This document shows, one piece after another, positions 1-13,980 of a stretch of 64,000 nucleotides of DNA. Source of the stretch: the human T2T-CHM13v2.0 reference genome, Homo sapiens. The notes beneath the pieces were generated by a model. The model saw nothing but the letters and a program-made list of their open reading frames with translations. It was not told the origin of the DNA and searched no databases. The DNA lies in assembly GCF_009914755.1 (NCBI RefSeq), contig NC_060925.1. The stretch is one strand, 5' to 3'. The translations under genes were made by a program, and so were the position numbers. Numbering within the stretch: position 1 is the stretch's first letter; every line of letters begins with the position of its first letter.

Positions 1-1029
1 ACCACCAAAGAAAATTGTCAACTCACATTCATTTATGCAACATATCTGTCTGTAATACAATTCTGATTTAGGGATTGGGACACCAGAATTAGGAATTTAT
101 AGTCCCTGACCTGTAGAATGTAACAGGTTTTTTAATAAATCAAAAATGTAAAATAAATAAGTATTCACAATGCACAGAAAAAAAATAGAAAATACGAAAA
201 AATATTTTTGCCCCCAAAAATCAACACAATCTATCAGAACAGAGATTTGGAAACTCTGCTTAAAGAAATAGACTGAACTTCAGGCCAGTAAAATTCAGAC
301 TATTATCTGTTTTAAATACACTAAAATCAGGAAGAATATGCCACTTAGACAGGGGGTACCTCAGTCACTTAAATATACAGAGAAAAAGAGAGTCATATAC
401 AGGGAAAAAGGGGGAAAGGTCAGTAGTTTTACTCCAATTAACAAAGGAACTACTCAGAAGAAGAGTTTTATCAGGTTTACAGGATTATCAGCTCTGCCTG
501 AAGGCACATCCCTATTGCTGAGGTAGTTGTGTCCAGTCATTGGAGCTTAATGTCATAAAATATTGAAATTACACAATGGATATAAATCTACTTGTTCTGA
601 TTCCATGCTCATCAAGCATCTCCCTGATAATTTGGTTTTCATTATAGCTTAAATACAGAGAACAAAGGTACTTAACAGACAAATGTGAATGTCAAGTCAG
701 TTTCACAGATATTTCTCATTTTAAGTTGACAGAATGGCCACTGTGAGGTCTCTTAGTGTGAGTTAGCATCTTTACATCCAATCATTCTTATTAACAGAGT
801 CGTGGTTGAGGCTGGATTCTGAGCACATATAGCTCAGGGTCTGACTCTGCACTGTGGCGAGGTCACCAGGCAAATAAATGAATACCACCCTGTGGCAATG
901 TGTATAGGTGACCTGCTGACCTACCACATGAAAACACCTATTCATCCTCATTACATGTGTTCTTAAATCTTCTAAACTGAAGAAGGCCATATCATAGATG
1001 TGCAGACAGCATACCTAACTCTACCTGGA

Positions 1030-1430
1030 GCACATCATAAGGGATGAAAGAGTAGGAGCTAACCCTTCAGCTGAGGCTTGACTTGGCCTAGTAGCTAAGG
1101 GAGGGAAGAGTACTCTAGAAAGAAGAAATTTCCCTTGCAAACAGCTGACAAGTGTGAGAAAACTTGGGAAGAACAGACTTTGGAAAGTCTGCAACACCAT
1201 GTATGCTTTGGGGAGAGATAAGAGATGACATTGGAAATGCGGAACACGACAAAATGATGAGGAATTTGTATGTTTTCAAATCAATTATGAAGTATATCAA
1301 GTGTCTGTCATGCCCTAGGTTCCATTATAGACCTTTGAGACACATCATTGAATGGGAAGTTGGAATTTGTAGTATAGCCAATGAAGATTAAAAACATTTA
1401 GCCAGAGAACTGATATGTTTCTTACAAAGA
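1030..1430 (-). mobile_element. L2 LINE relic (continues after the LTR at ~2030)
   Basis: Purine-rich, highly diverged similarity to the reverse strand of the L2 3' region (gagatgacattggaaatg...tggaatttgtagtatagccaatgaaga). Confidence 0.4.
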
Positions 1431-1449
1431 CATTCAATACAAATGGTAG

Positions 1450-2007
1450 TGTACAGAAGAGAGTTTACATAGCAAGCCTGAGAATGCTATCCTCAGAAAG
1501 AGCCACTTATAAGATTAGCTTTTGGCTTGTGTCTGGGAAGTTGGATTTCAAGATCCTCAACATTCCCTAACTTATTAAAATGGCTCTGCCTAAATTGTTT
1601 ATACAAATAGTGTGGTTGCTCAGGGAACACCTGCTTTCCTTCTGAGAACTTGGAATTTTGGTAAGTAAAAGACAGAGGGTGTCTGCATGACCAATCAACT
1701 GCAGAAACATTGGGCACTGGGTCTCTAATGAGCTTGCCTGGTAAACAACGTTTCATATATGTTGTCTGAAATTAATGCTGAAAACATTAATCATGTCCTG
1801 TGTGTCTCCACAGAGAGAGGACTCTTGGAAGCTTGTACCTGGCTTCCTCTCAGACTTTACTTCATGTACCTTTTCCCTTTGTAGATTTTGCTTTGTATCT
1901 TTTAGCTATAATAAATTTCATTTGTGAGTGCAACTATATGCTGAGTCCTGCAAGTCATTCTAGCAAATCAAAGAACATGGAGGGTGGTCTTGGGGATCCC
2001 CAACACA
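1450..2007 (+). mobile_element. Solo ERVL-class LTR, MER68/MER21-like
   Basis: TG...CA termini (tgtacagaagagagtttacatagc ... ggggatccccaacaca), internal AATAAA at ~1910, and a 3' half (gagaggactcttggaagcttgtacctgg...tatatgctgagtcctg) typical of the MER21/MER68 group. Confidence 0.75.
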
Positions 2008-2029
2008 AACAGATAGGAGGAGATCAGGA

Positions 2030-2800
2030 ATGAATATGTGCAGCAATAGAGGGAGTAGCTGATAGTCAGTTGATGATCAGGCAGAAGTTTAACAGTAAGA
2101 TTCTGAATTTTCATGGGTTACTGAATGAATAGTATTATTATTAAGCAATATTTTTTAAAAGTTTTGAGAAGAAACAAATTTAGGGAGAAAAATATTTTTC
2201 ATTTTAGATCTAGTATATTTAATTTAGCTATTAGATATCCATAGAGGGCAACTTAATAGGTAGTAAGAAGCATAGGCTTGGACCTTGGGATAGAGACATT
2301 GTAGGAGTCACTGGCATTATAGAAGGGTATCTATTAGATCTCTCAAGAAAGCTTTAGAAAGTAAGGAAAAAGAACCAAGGATTAAACCACAGAATATCAA
2401 CATTTAAGAGGTAGATGGAAGAAAAGAATTCTACAAAAGAAATAGAAAGGTAACAAATTTTTAGGAGTATTAAATGCCACAGGAAAGTGAAGTATGAAGA
2501 TATCTGAGCATTGTCCATTGGATTCACCATACTAAAGGTCCCTAAAGACTTAGGAGTGGGTAGCCTTACTAGAATGTGTGTGCTGGACCATAGCAGAGGG
2601 AGAAACCAGATTAATGAGTGAGTAGGGAAAAAAGAAATAGGGACAAACAAAAATAATTAAGATAATTCCCTGAAGCATGAAGAAAGCCTTTTTGGCTTTT
2701 TTGGTTTTTTGTCATTGCTTACTTACATATGTGAGAGAGCCTTGGACATATTTCAAGTTTAAGGAAATAAAGCTAAAATTAATAAGGAAAGGCTGAAGAT
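2030..2800 (-). mobile_element. L2 LINE relic
   Basis: Diverged L2-like blocks (aacatttaagaggtagatggaagaaaagaa; gtccattggattcacc), colinear with the piece upstream of the LTR. Confidence 0.5.
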
Positions 2801-3681
2801 ACAGGAGAGTCAGGAAGGCCACCAACACATGGCTGTATTCTTATAAATTATCCTAGCTCTCCAGTGATCAATAGGAGACAGTTGAATGACATACATTGGC
2901 AGAGGGAGGGTCCTGTGTGTGGCACCTGTTGATGCCCTAGACATCCTGGCAAGGTAAGTGATTATACATATAACAAAAATCAAGTTATACAGATATGAGC
3001 TTTGTCCTGTAAGTCAGCCCATTCCAAGCTCATGCAGGAGCAAGTCTATCAATGAAATATATTTATTTCCTCATTAATCTTCTTCCTCTTTGTCCTAAAA
3101 TTTCCATTGTGCCCATCCACATCAGGTCATCAATACCTTCCCCATTAACAGATTAGCAGAAAAAAAGGCCTTCAACAAGTGCATTCAGATATCTCCACAG
3201 ACATAGAAATAGACTCCTATGAAATGAGTCTTTCTCTTTTAGACCTCTTACTTGATATTCCACCCTAAGCTTTTTAGGTGTTGAGCTTCATAATCTGAGA
3301 ACGATTTTTATTTGCCTTACAGGAAAGAGTATTTTTAACTATATTTCTGAAAGTTTAAAGATATTAATTTAATTAATCCAAATCATAAATCCACGAATAC
3401 TATCATCATATATAAAAGATTTACCAGAAGATAATATATTTCATCTTTTTTCCCCAAAATTAAAGTTAAATAAATATATAATTAAATATGTTATTTCTCC
3501 TTTATAAGACTATATAGATAAATTTTCAAATCAAAAATGTAAACTGTCAGATATTTGGCAGAAAATAAAGTTACAGTATCTATAAAAATTGATCACCTTC
3601 ATTTCTGTCAGAATGTGAAATAAAGAGAAGGTACAGGTCAAGAGGCCAAATTCAAATTGTAATATCCTCAAAAAAGGTAAA

Positions 3682-3716
3682 ACACACACACATGCACACA
3701 CACACACACACACACA
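3682..3716. repeat. (CA)n microsatellite
   Basis: acacacacacatgcacacacacacacacacacaca seen directly. Confidence 0.95.
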
Positions 3717-4961
3717 ACCCTACCTAGCTGCCATCACTGGTATGAGCACTTAGAAGGTACCCTACTCTGGCTGACAGGGATAAAAAGAAAAAGAAAAAGA
3801 AAATTTAAAGAGGTACCCTAGGCCCTATGGCAAACTGCTAGTCATTTATAGGGAACAAAAATAAGATGTTAGCAACAGGTAATAGGGAAGATGGAGGATA
3901 GGAGGAAAAACTAGCTGGCAGCTCCCGCTCGGACAGACAGAGAAGCATGTGGAAACTCACATCATGAGCTTTTGCTCCAAGAATTACCACAGGAAGATAC
4001 CAGGAAAGCTAAGAGAATCCACAGAGCCTTTAAAGGAACTGGATCAATGCTGCAGTCTCCCTAAGACCAAATAACTGAGACTCTGCTTGCTTTCTCAGCA
4101 GGGAGGCTGGTGGTCCAGGGCAAGTTCTCATCCCTGTTCACCAGCTGCCTGGAAACAGACTCAGTGCTATTGGGGGGCACAGCGGGAGTGAGACCGGGCT
4201 TTAGGACAGTGGGCTGCATGGGAGCAGTGTGAGGCCTGTGACTGCCAGCTTTCCCCCACTTCCTTGATGACCTGTATGATGAAGCAGAGGCAGCCATAAT
4301 CCCCCTGGGAACACAACCCCATTGGCCTTGGAACCACACCCCCATCCCCCACAGCAGTCATAGCAAGCCCTGCCCAAGGAGAGTCTGAGGCAGACATGCT
4401 TATCCCTGCCCCTACCTAGTGGTCTCTCTCTACCCACCCTGGTAGCTGAAGACAAAGGTCATAATGTCTTGGGAGCTCTAAGGCCCTGCCCACCACCTGA
4501 GAAGCCTGAATACTTAACCAGGAAACCCTAGGGCAAGTTTGCATCCTCCCTATAGTACCACAGCTGATGCACTCCAGAAAGCACCACCTCCTGGCTAGAG
4601 GCCTACCAACACAAAACTGGCACACTAAATAAAAATACAACCAAGAACCCTCACAGAGTCCACTTCCCACCCCTGCTACCTCCACCAGAGCTGGTGCTGG
4701 TATCCACGGCTGAAAGACCTGAAGATGGATCACATCACGGGACTCTTTGCAGACACTCCCCAGTGCCAGCCCAGAGTCTGGTAGCTCTGCTAGGTGGTTA
4801 GACCCAGAAGAACAAAAACAATCACTGCAGTTTTGCTCTCAGGAAGGCTCATCCCTAGGGGAAGTGGGAGAATACCACATCAAGGGAGCACCTTGTGAGA
4901 CACAAGAATCTGAACAACTGCCCTTGAGTCCCAGATCTTCTCTCTGACACAGTCTACCCAA

Positions 4962-5955
4962 ATGAGAAGGGGCCAGGAAAACAATTCTGGTAATATGACA
5001 AAACAAGGTTCTTTAACAACCCCGAAAGATCACACCAGCTCACCAGTAACAGATCCAAACCAAGACAAAATGTCTGACGCTAGAAAAATAATTCAGAAGG
5101 TTAATTATTAAGCTAATCAAGGAGGCACCAAAGAAAGGTGAAGTCCGACTTAAAGAAATCAAAAACATGATTCAGGATATGAAAGGAAAAATCATCAGTG
5201 AAATAGCATAAATAAAAAACAATCACGACTTCTGGAAATCAAGGACACACTTAAAGAAATGCAAAATGCACTGGAAAGTCTCAACAATAGAATCGAATAA
5301 GCAGAAGAAAGAACTTCAGAGCTTGAAGCCAAGGCTTTCAAATGTACCCAATCCGTCAAAGATAAAGTAAAAAGAATTTTTTAAAAATGAACAAAGCCTC
5401 CAAAAAGTTTAGGACTATGTTAAGTGACCAGATCTAATAATTAGTGTTCCTGGGGAAGAAGAGAAATCTAAAAGTCTGGAAAACATATTTGAGAGAGTAA
5501 TCGAGGAAAACTTCCCCAGCCTTTCTAGAGATCTAGACATCCAAACACATGAAGCTCAAAGAACACCTGGGAGACTCATCACAAAAAGATCATCACCTAG
5601 GCACTTAGTCATCAGGTTATCTAAAGTCAAGATGAAGGAAAGAATCTTAAGAACTGTGAGGCAAAACCATCAGGTAACCTATGAAGGAAAACCTATCAGA
5701 GCAACAGCAGATTTCTCAGCAGAAACCCTACGAGCTAGAAGGGATTGGGATCCTATTTTTAGCCGCCTTAAACAAAACTATTATCAGCGAAGAATTTTGT
5801 ATCCAGTGAAACTAGGCTTCATAAACGAAGGAAAGACACTGTCTATTCCAGACAAACAAATGTTGAGAGAATTCGCCACTACCAAGCTAGCACTACAAGA
5901 ACTGCTAAAAGGAGCTCTAAATCTTGAAATAAATCCTCAAAATACACCAAAATAG
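4962..5955 (+). pseudogene. Disrupted L1 ORF1p
   Basis: ATG at 4962. C-terminal fragment 5632-5955 reads KERILRTVRQ...ADFSAETLRARRDW...RILYPVKLGF. Upstream part is broken by stops and frameshifts. Confidence 0.9.
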
Positions 5956-6046
5956 AAACTCCTTAAAGCATAAATCTCACAGGACCTATAAAACAAAAAC
6001 ACAATAAATAAATTTTAAAAAAAGGTATTCAAGCAACAAATAGACA

Positions 6047-9000
6047 ATGAATAGAATAGTACCTCACATCCCAATACTAACATTGAATGTAAATGACCTA
6101 AATGCTGCACTTAAAAGATACAGAATGGTAGAATGGATAAGAATCTACCAACCGGGTTCCTGCTGTCTTCAGGAGACTTATCTAACCCACAAGGACTCAC
6201 ATAAACTTAAGAAAAAGAGTTGGAAAACGATATTCCATGTAAATAGCACCAAAAGTGAGCAGGAGTAGCTATTCTTACATCATATTAAAAAAACCTTCAA
6301 GGCATCAGCAGTTAAAAAAGGCAAAGAAGGAAATGATATAATGATAAAAGGACTAGGCCAACAAGAAAATATTAATATCACAATCCTAAATATATATGCA
6401 CCTAACACTGGAGCTCCCAAACTTATAAAACAATTACTACTAGACCTAAGAAATGAGATAGATGGCAACACAATAATAGTGGGGGACTTTAATACTCCAC
6501 TGACAGTACTAGACAGGTCATCAAGACAGAAAGTCAACAAAGAAACAGTGGACTTAAGCTATACCCTACAACAAATGAACTTAACAGATATTTACAGAAC
6601 ATTCTACCCAACAACTGCAGAACATACATTCTATTCATCAGCATATGGAATATTCTCGAAGATAGACCATATGATAGGCCACAAAACAAGTCTCAGTAAA
6701 TTTAAGAAAATCAAAATTATATCAAGTACTCTCTCAGATCACAGTGCCATAAAATTGCAAATCAACTCCAAAAGGATCCCTCAAAACCATGCAAATACAT
6801 GAAAATTAAATAATCTGCTCTTGAATGATTGTTGGGTCAATAATGAAGTCAAGATGGAAATTAAAAATTATTTAAACTGAACAATAATAGTGACACAACC
6901 TATAAAAACCTCTGGGATACAGTGAAAATGGTGCTAAGACGAAAGTTCATAGCGTTAAATCACTACATCAAAAATTCTGAAAGAGCACAAATAAACAATC
7001 TAAGGTCACACCTCATGGAACTGGAGGAACTAGAACAATCCAAACCCAAACTCAGCAGAAGAAAAGAAATAACAAAGATCAGAGCAGAACTAAATGAAAT
7101 TGAAACAAAAAAAATACAAAAGATGAACAAAATGCTGGTTCTTTGAAAAGATAAATAAAACTGGTAGACCATTAGCAAGATAAACCAAGATGAGAGAAGA
7201 TCCAAATAAGCTCAATTAGAAACAAAATGGGAGATATTATTACTCATACCACAGAAATACAGGAGATTATTCAAGGCCAATATGAACAACTTTATGCACA
7301 TAAATTAGAAAACCTAGGGAAGGTCAATAAATTCCTGGAAATATACAAACCTCCTAGATTAAGCCATGAAGATAGAGAAACTCTGAATAGACCAATAACA
7401 AGCAGTGAGATTGAAACAGTAATTTAAAAATTGTCACCAAAAAAAAGTCCAGGACCAGACAGATTTACAGCTGAATTCTATCAGACATTCAAAGAAGAAT
7501 TGCTACCAACACTATTGACACTATTCCACAGGATAGAGAAAGAGGAAATCCTCCTTAAATCATTCTATGAAGCCAGTATCACTTTAATACCAAAACCAGT
7601 GAAGGACATAACCAAAAAAGAAAACTATAGATCAATATCCCTAATAAACATAAATATAAAAATTCTAAACAAAATACTAGCTAACCAAATCCAACAGTAT
7701 ATCAAAAAGATAATCCACCATGATCAAGTGGATTTCATAACAGGGATGCAGGGATGGTTTAACATACACAAGTCAATAAATGTGATACATCACGTAAACA
7801 GAATTAAAAACAAAAATCATATGATCACCTCAATAGATGCAGAAAAAGCATTTGACAAAATCTAGCATCCCTTTATGATGAAAACCCTCAGGAAAATCAG
7901 CATGGTATGTACTAGGGACATACCTTAAGGTAATAAAAGCCATCTGTGACAAACCCACAGCCAACATTATACTGACAGGGAAAAGTTGAAAGCATTCCCT
8001 GAGAACTGGAACAAAACAAGGATGCCCACTCTCACCACTTCTATTCAACATAGTACTGGAAGTCCTACCCAGACTAATCAGAAAAGAGAAAGAAATTAAG
8101 GGCATCCAAATCAGTAAGGAAGAAGTCAAACTGTTACTGTTTGTTGATGATATGATTGTATATCTAGAAAACCCTAAAGGCTCCTCCAAAAAGCTCCTAG
8201 AACTGATAAAAGAATTCAGCAAAGTTTTAGGATACAAAATTAATGTACACAAATCTGTAGTTCTGCTATATACTAACAGTGACCAAGCTGATGATCAAAT
8301 AAAAACTCAACTGCTTTGACAATAGCTGCAAAAAATAAAACAAAATACTTAGGAATGTACCTAACTAAGGAGGTGAAAGAGCTCTACAAAGAAAACTATG
8401 AAACACTGCTGGAAGAATCATAGACGACATAAACAAATGGAAACACACCTCATATTCATAGATGGGTAGAATCAATATTGTGAAAATGAACATACTGCCA
8501 AAAGTAATCTACAAATTCAATGCAATTCCCATTAAAATACTGCCATCATTCTTCACAGAACCAGAAAAAAAATCCTAAAATTCATATGGAACCAAAAAAG
8601 AATCCACATAGCCAAAGCAAGACTAAGCAAGAAGAACAAATCTGGAGGCATCACATTACCCAACTTCAAACTATACTATAAGGCCATAGTCACCAAAACA
8701 GCATGGTACTGGTATAAAAACAGGCACATAGACCAATGGAACAGAATAGAAGACCCTGAAATAAAGCCAAATAGAGCCAACTGATCTTCAACAAAGCAAA
8801 CAAGAACATACAGTGGGGAAAACAACAAATGGTGCAGAGATAATTGGCAAGCCACACACGTAGGAAACTGGATCATCATCTCTCACCTTATACAAAAATC
8901 AATTCAAGATGGATCAAATACTTAAATCTAAGACCTGAAACCATAAAAATTCTAGAAGACAACATCAGAAAACCCTTCTAGAATTGGCTTAGGCAAAGAC

Positions 9001-9690
9001 TTCATGACCACACACCCAAAAGCAAATGCAACAAAAACCAAGATAAACACATGGGACTTAATTAAACTAAAAACCATCTGCACAGCAAAAGAAATAATCA
9101 GCAGAATTAACAGACAACCCACAGAGTGGGAGAAAATCATCACAATCTATATATCTGACAAAGGACTAATATCCAGAATCTACAAAGAACTCAAATCAGC
9201 AAGAAAAAACAAACAATCCCATCAAAAAGTGGGCTAAGGACATGAATAGACAATTGTCAAAAAAGATATACAAATGGTCAACAAGCATATGGAAAAATGC
9301 TCAACATCACTAACCGATAGTGGGGAAATGCAAATCAAAACCACAATGCAATGCCACCTCACTCCTGCAAGAATGGCCACAATCAAAAAATCATAAATGT
9401 TAGCATGGATGTGGCAAAAAGGGAATACTTTTACACTGTTGGTGTAAATGTAAACTAGTACAACCACTATGGAAAACAATGCAGACATTCCTTAAAGAAC
9501 TAAAAGTAGATCTACCATTTGCTCCAGCAATCCCACTACTAGGTAACTACCCAGAGGAAAAGAAGTCATTATTACATGAAAAAGATACTCGCACAAGCAT
9601 GTTTATAGCAGCATAATTTGCAATTGCAAAAATATGGAACCAGCCCAAATCCCCATCAATCAACAAGTGTCTGAAGAAAATGTGGTGTGT
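6047..9690 (+). pseudogene. Disrupted L1 ORF2p (endonuclease, RT, Cys-rich domains)
   Basis: EN motifs ILTLNVN, CLQET, NIYAPN, IVGDFNTPL, SKIDH and SDHS; KKSPGPD...EFYQTF; RT core [14 protein letters not shown] at ~8134-8175. Many stops and frameshifts. Confidence 0.92.
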
Positions 9691-9704
9691 ATACACACAC
9701 ACAC

Positions 9705-9762
<58 letters not shown>
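9686..9762. repeat. Compound (CA)n(TA)n(CA)n microsatellite inside the L1
   Basis: Seen directly; it replaces the short tatatacac motif before accatggaa. Confidence 0.95.
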
Positions 9763-9763
<1 letters not shown>

Positions 9764-10221
9764 ATGGAACATAAAATATGACTCAGCCCCAAAAAGGAAA
9801 AAAATAATGGCTTTTGACATCCAGCAACCTGGATGGAATTGGAGACTATTATTCTAAGTGAAGTAACTCAGGAATGAAAAAACAAACATCATATGTTCAC
9901 ACTCATAAGTGGGAGCTAAGTTATGAGGATGCAAAGACATAAGAATGATACAATGGACTTTGGCAACTCAGGGGAAAGGGTGGGAGGCAGATGAGGGACA
10001 AAAGACTACACATTGGGTACAGTGCACACTGCTTGGGTGATGGTGCACCAAAATCTCAGAAATCATGACTGAAGAACTTATTAATGTAATCAAACACCAC
10101 TTGTTCCCCAAAAACCTATTGAAATAAAAAATTAATTTTAAAAAATAAAAAAGAAGAAAAAAGATGTTAGCAACCATCTTCTTAGAATCCCATAATCTAC
10201 TTGTACCTACACTAATACATT

Positions 10222-10428
10222 AATAATACCTACCATTCATTATTTACTGTATATCAGGCACCATAATAACTACTTTATAGAGCTCATCTCATGTAATCCT
10301 TAAATCAGCCTTAAGTGTGGGTACAATCAATATCCCAGCTCTAGATTATGTGACAGTCATGGTAAGGTTGAGTAAATAATACAAGATTCCATAATTAGTG
10401 AACAAAGAAGTCTGGGTTTGAACCTAGC
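10222..10428 (-). mobile_element. MIR SINE
   Basis: ctcatgtaatccttaaatcagcc...ctgggtttgaacctagc, the reverse MIR core. Confidence 0.6.
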
Positions 10429-10579
10429 AAAGCGGTCAAGTTTGGGTTGAGATTTACCTTGGTAGGGATGGATAGTATTTACAGGGACTTGGCATGGAAG
10501 TAAAGTTACTTCCAATCCATGAGCCATGCCTATGAAGAGAAGTGATAAGATCTGGTACAGTGGAGAGATCTTATAAATA

Positions 10580-10800
10580 CGTGTTTACAGTGCTTTATAG
10601 TGTACAAATCACCCCCACACATTGCCTCACTGTGAAGCCTCACAACAATCATATGAGGTAAGATAGGACAGGCCTTGTTAACTCCATCCACAGACGAAGA
10701 ACAGGCTCCTGGAACTTAGGCTACTTGTTTGAAGTTACATTTGTCAAGTACTGGCAGGGCTCAGAGTCTTTTGTCTCCAAAACCATGACATTTCTACTAA
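10580..10800 (-). mobile_element. MIR/MIR3 SINE
   Basis: cctcacaacaatcatatgaggta...acagacgaagaacaggctc. Confidence 0.6.
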
Positions 10801-12079
10801 AACATACTTCTTAAATAGACACCCATGAATAAATAGGATAGGATAAGTCAGACATTCATAGTGTACATATGCATTCAGCTCTGGAAAAAAAATACCTTAC
10901 TGATTAGTCTGAAGAGAAATTTCAGGGCTCATTGCTAATTTTCAGCTGACCTGGAGAAATGTAGCATGCACAAATTCTCAGCCATAACTATTTAAGTTTT
11001 TCATGCAACTCCCAGGAAAGAAGCCTGAGCTCCCCACTCTAGGAAAGTGCTGACTTCAGCCCTGCAAGTAATAAGAAATGCCTAAGGGATGCTACTCTGA
11101 CACAGAAATCAAAGGGGCCAAGGCTGGCTAGCACACTGAGGCACAGGACCTAAGAGCCATTAGGACAATTTATGATGCAGCCTCATTTCTGACAACCTCT
11201 CCAGAGGTGATGGATACTTAAGTATGGTACCTGTAGACAAAAAGCCAATTTAAATGAAGTGGTATATTCCTGATCTATGATGGCTTGGTAGAGTCCAAAT
11301 ATAAAATATGGCTGTGCCATTGATAGCTGGTTTTTCCCTTCCACATTTTATTTCCAACCAAACAGATTTTTCCACGTGCACATCTCAAGTTACATTTTAG
11401 GAATGAAAGAAAGATAAAGAAATGGGGGAGAGAAAACCTTTGAAGAAACTGCAAAAGAATTTTTCATGCAGCTATAAATAAAAAGATCAATTTTTAATAA
11501 CTAAAAAGAAAGATGAATAAAAAAGTAATGAATCTAGGTTATCTTCTAATTAGTAAAAGATGAAAACTTTCACTTACATATGGAAGGGCCAGCTGATTCT
11601 CTAGTTTTATAACCAAGACTTCTTGAAAATGGGAAAAGCAGGTGTGAAAAAGCCGCAATTCTACATTTAAATGACACACAGATGCCACTAAAGCAGTGGC
11701 AGAAAGCTGGTTTTGAGGTGAATGACATCAGAAACTTCAACTCTGTGTATCCCTGGGGCACCACTGAGCATCCGTCAATATACTGAGCATTCCTTAGGAG
11801 AAGTTTTTCCACACTCTACAAGAAGAGATTTCGCCAGCCCCTCATATTTATCTTACACCTGTGTCTTCAAGTTAATTTAGGATGAGATACATAAAATTGA
11901 TGGGGAAAAGGTCTATAAGGCGTGACAGGACTGAATTATGAGGTTGAACCGCCACACATTTTATTGGTTGGTAAACCAGGGCTTGTAATGTGGGCAATCA
12001 CCTAGACACCTAAAAATGCAAGAGTCACCACTGATGGTCCATGAAAACATTTGGTAGACAGTGATATCCAAAAACTTTA

Positions 12080-12609
12080 TATTGGTTGAAGGATGCATTC
12101 AGCTATGAATAACAGAAACTACCCCTCACCTCCCAAAAAATGTAACAGTGGCTTAAACAAATTTGGGTATCTTTTGCATACATAACAAGAGGTTCTGATC
12201 AGGAAATCTAGGGCTAATTTAGCAACTCTACGATGCCATTGGGGAACGAGGCTCATTCCAGTCTTCTATTTCATTGTCCTCATGTTTGCTTTTGCTTGTT
12301 AGCTCATTCTCATAACATGGCTGCTTTACAACCTGCATTGTGTTCGTGTCCTAGAGCAGGGAAGAGGTGAACACTGAAGGGTGAAAGGCATATGCAAGCT
12401 GAGTTCCTTCCTCTTTTAAATTCCATTTTTAGGAATCTCACCAAGTAAATTCTCATTTCATCCCATTGGCCATCCTGACAGTGAAGAATGCTGGGCAGTA
12501 TAATCCTTTTGTTTTAGACAAAGTATGACAACCTGTGCAAAATAAACAACAAAAAAAAAAGGGAAGGGAGGCTATGAATACTGGGAAGGCAACTTGCAGT
12601 TTTGCCACA
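12080..12609 (-). mobile_element. MaLR LTR, MLT1J-like
   Basis: aacagtggcttaaacaa...cataacaagaggt...aacatggctgct...gaatactgggaaggcaact...tgccaca. Confidence 0.65.
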
Positions 12610-12988
12610 GAACTGAAGAGAAATGCCGTGGCCGCTGCTCAATGTCAACTCCAAAAGTTAGGAACAGACCTCACACATTCAGACGTTTTTCCCTTCATTA
12701 ATCTATTTTCACTTTAATATCTATAAATTTATCACCATCTTTGTATTTTCAATCTGTAACACAGGTTGTATCCTGCTCCATAAAATAACAAAATTCAATT
12801 CAACCCTCCTTTATCAGGGCTTTATATTTACCAGCACTAGTTTTGCAAATATAAGAAGTGTGTATCTAGCATTTATCTAGTAGTTACTGTATTCTGGGAA
12901 CTATAGATATCATCTTAGGTAAGTCTTAAAACATTCTCATTAGGTATTATGTTAATTTTGTCTGTTTTGTTGACTATTGTATCCCAAA

Positions 12989-13032
12989 GCACCTATAACA
13001 GTGTCTAGCACCTATAACAGTGTCTGGCACCT
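12989..13032. repeat. 19-bp tandem duplication in an L2 3' end
   Basis: gcacctataacagtgtcta / gcacctataacagtgtctg / gcacct. Confidence 0.9.
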
Positions 13033-13619
13033 AGTAATGTACCACTAAATCTTTGTGGAGTAAATGAATCCCCATTTTGCAAACTGGAAATTTGAAGCAT
13101 AAAGAAGCATAAATTGTATAACATCTAAATTTAGTAAATGGCAGCACCAGACACTTGAAGTCTAAGTCCAGAACTTATATCTTTATAATTATTACAGCTG
13201 ATCTCTAGTAGGAATAAGCAATTTTATAGCAGCAAGGACCATGGTTTACCTGTCAATCAGATATCTTCAGCCTTTAATACAGTCCCTGACGTGTTTTATG
13301 TGCCAATAAATACTCTTAATAAATTAATGATAGGCATAGAGGCAGAGAATGACCAAGAGGCTTACAAATCCCAATTTAACATCAGCTGGGACAATATGAT
13401 GGGTTTGGCAAAGCCATAAAAATTATTTCAAATATTTAAGCAACCTAATCTTAGAAATCTCCAGGGAGAACATTCTTGAGTCTCTTTAAATAAAGCTTTC
13501 TCTTGCTATATTTTGAAATCTTACTTCCAAATAAAACAAAACAAAAACCTTAAGTAGAATGATTGAAGGAACAGAAAATACTATTTGAGCTACACATTTT
13601 AAAACAAAGTTGTCACTGT

Positions 13620-13980
13620 TTCAGGCCTTGACATTTGCTGTTTCTTCCACCTGGAATTTTCTTCCACCAGATACATGTATGACTTGTTCCCTAACTTTGG
13701 TTAGATGTCCACTCAAATCTCATATCCTTAGAGATACTATCCCTGACCCCTTTGTCTAAAATGGTCCCCCTCCGCTTTCCATTCACTTATCTTGATTTAT
13801 TTTTCCTCATAACACGTTGTGATACTACCAGACAGTATATTTTATATTCATTTGTGTGCTGCCTTCTTCCCCAGTAGACAGTAAGATTCCTAGGAATAGT
13901 GGCTGTTCTTCATTTGGTTACCCAGATTTGGTTTCCCAGAACTTAAAATAGTATATAATACATTGAATAAGTGAATCAAC
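13620..13980 (+). mobile_element. L2a 3' end
   Basis: caggccttgacatttgctgtttcttccacctggaatt...ttgaataagtgaat. Confidence 0.65.

Larger units (their letters stand above)
3877..10160 (+). mobile_element. Full-length inactive LINE-1, L1PB1/L1PBa type
   Basis: 5'UTR, ORF1, ORF2, L1PB1-type 3'UTR (aaaagactacacattgggtacagtg...cttgttccccaaaaacctattgaaataaa) and A-tail. Flanked by the identical 14-mer AAGATGTTAGCAAC at 3863-3876 and 10161-10174. Confidence 0.93.

Noticed and set aside
2860-2960. Strong plus-strand donor AAG|GTAAGT at 2954
   Set aside because: The upstream acceptor is weak and there is no recognisable coding signal; isolated donors are common.
5632-9237. ORFs with endonuclease/RT similarity as an active retroelement or new RT system
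   Set aside because: They are fragments of one decayed L1, with many stops and frameshifts.
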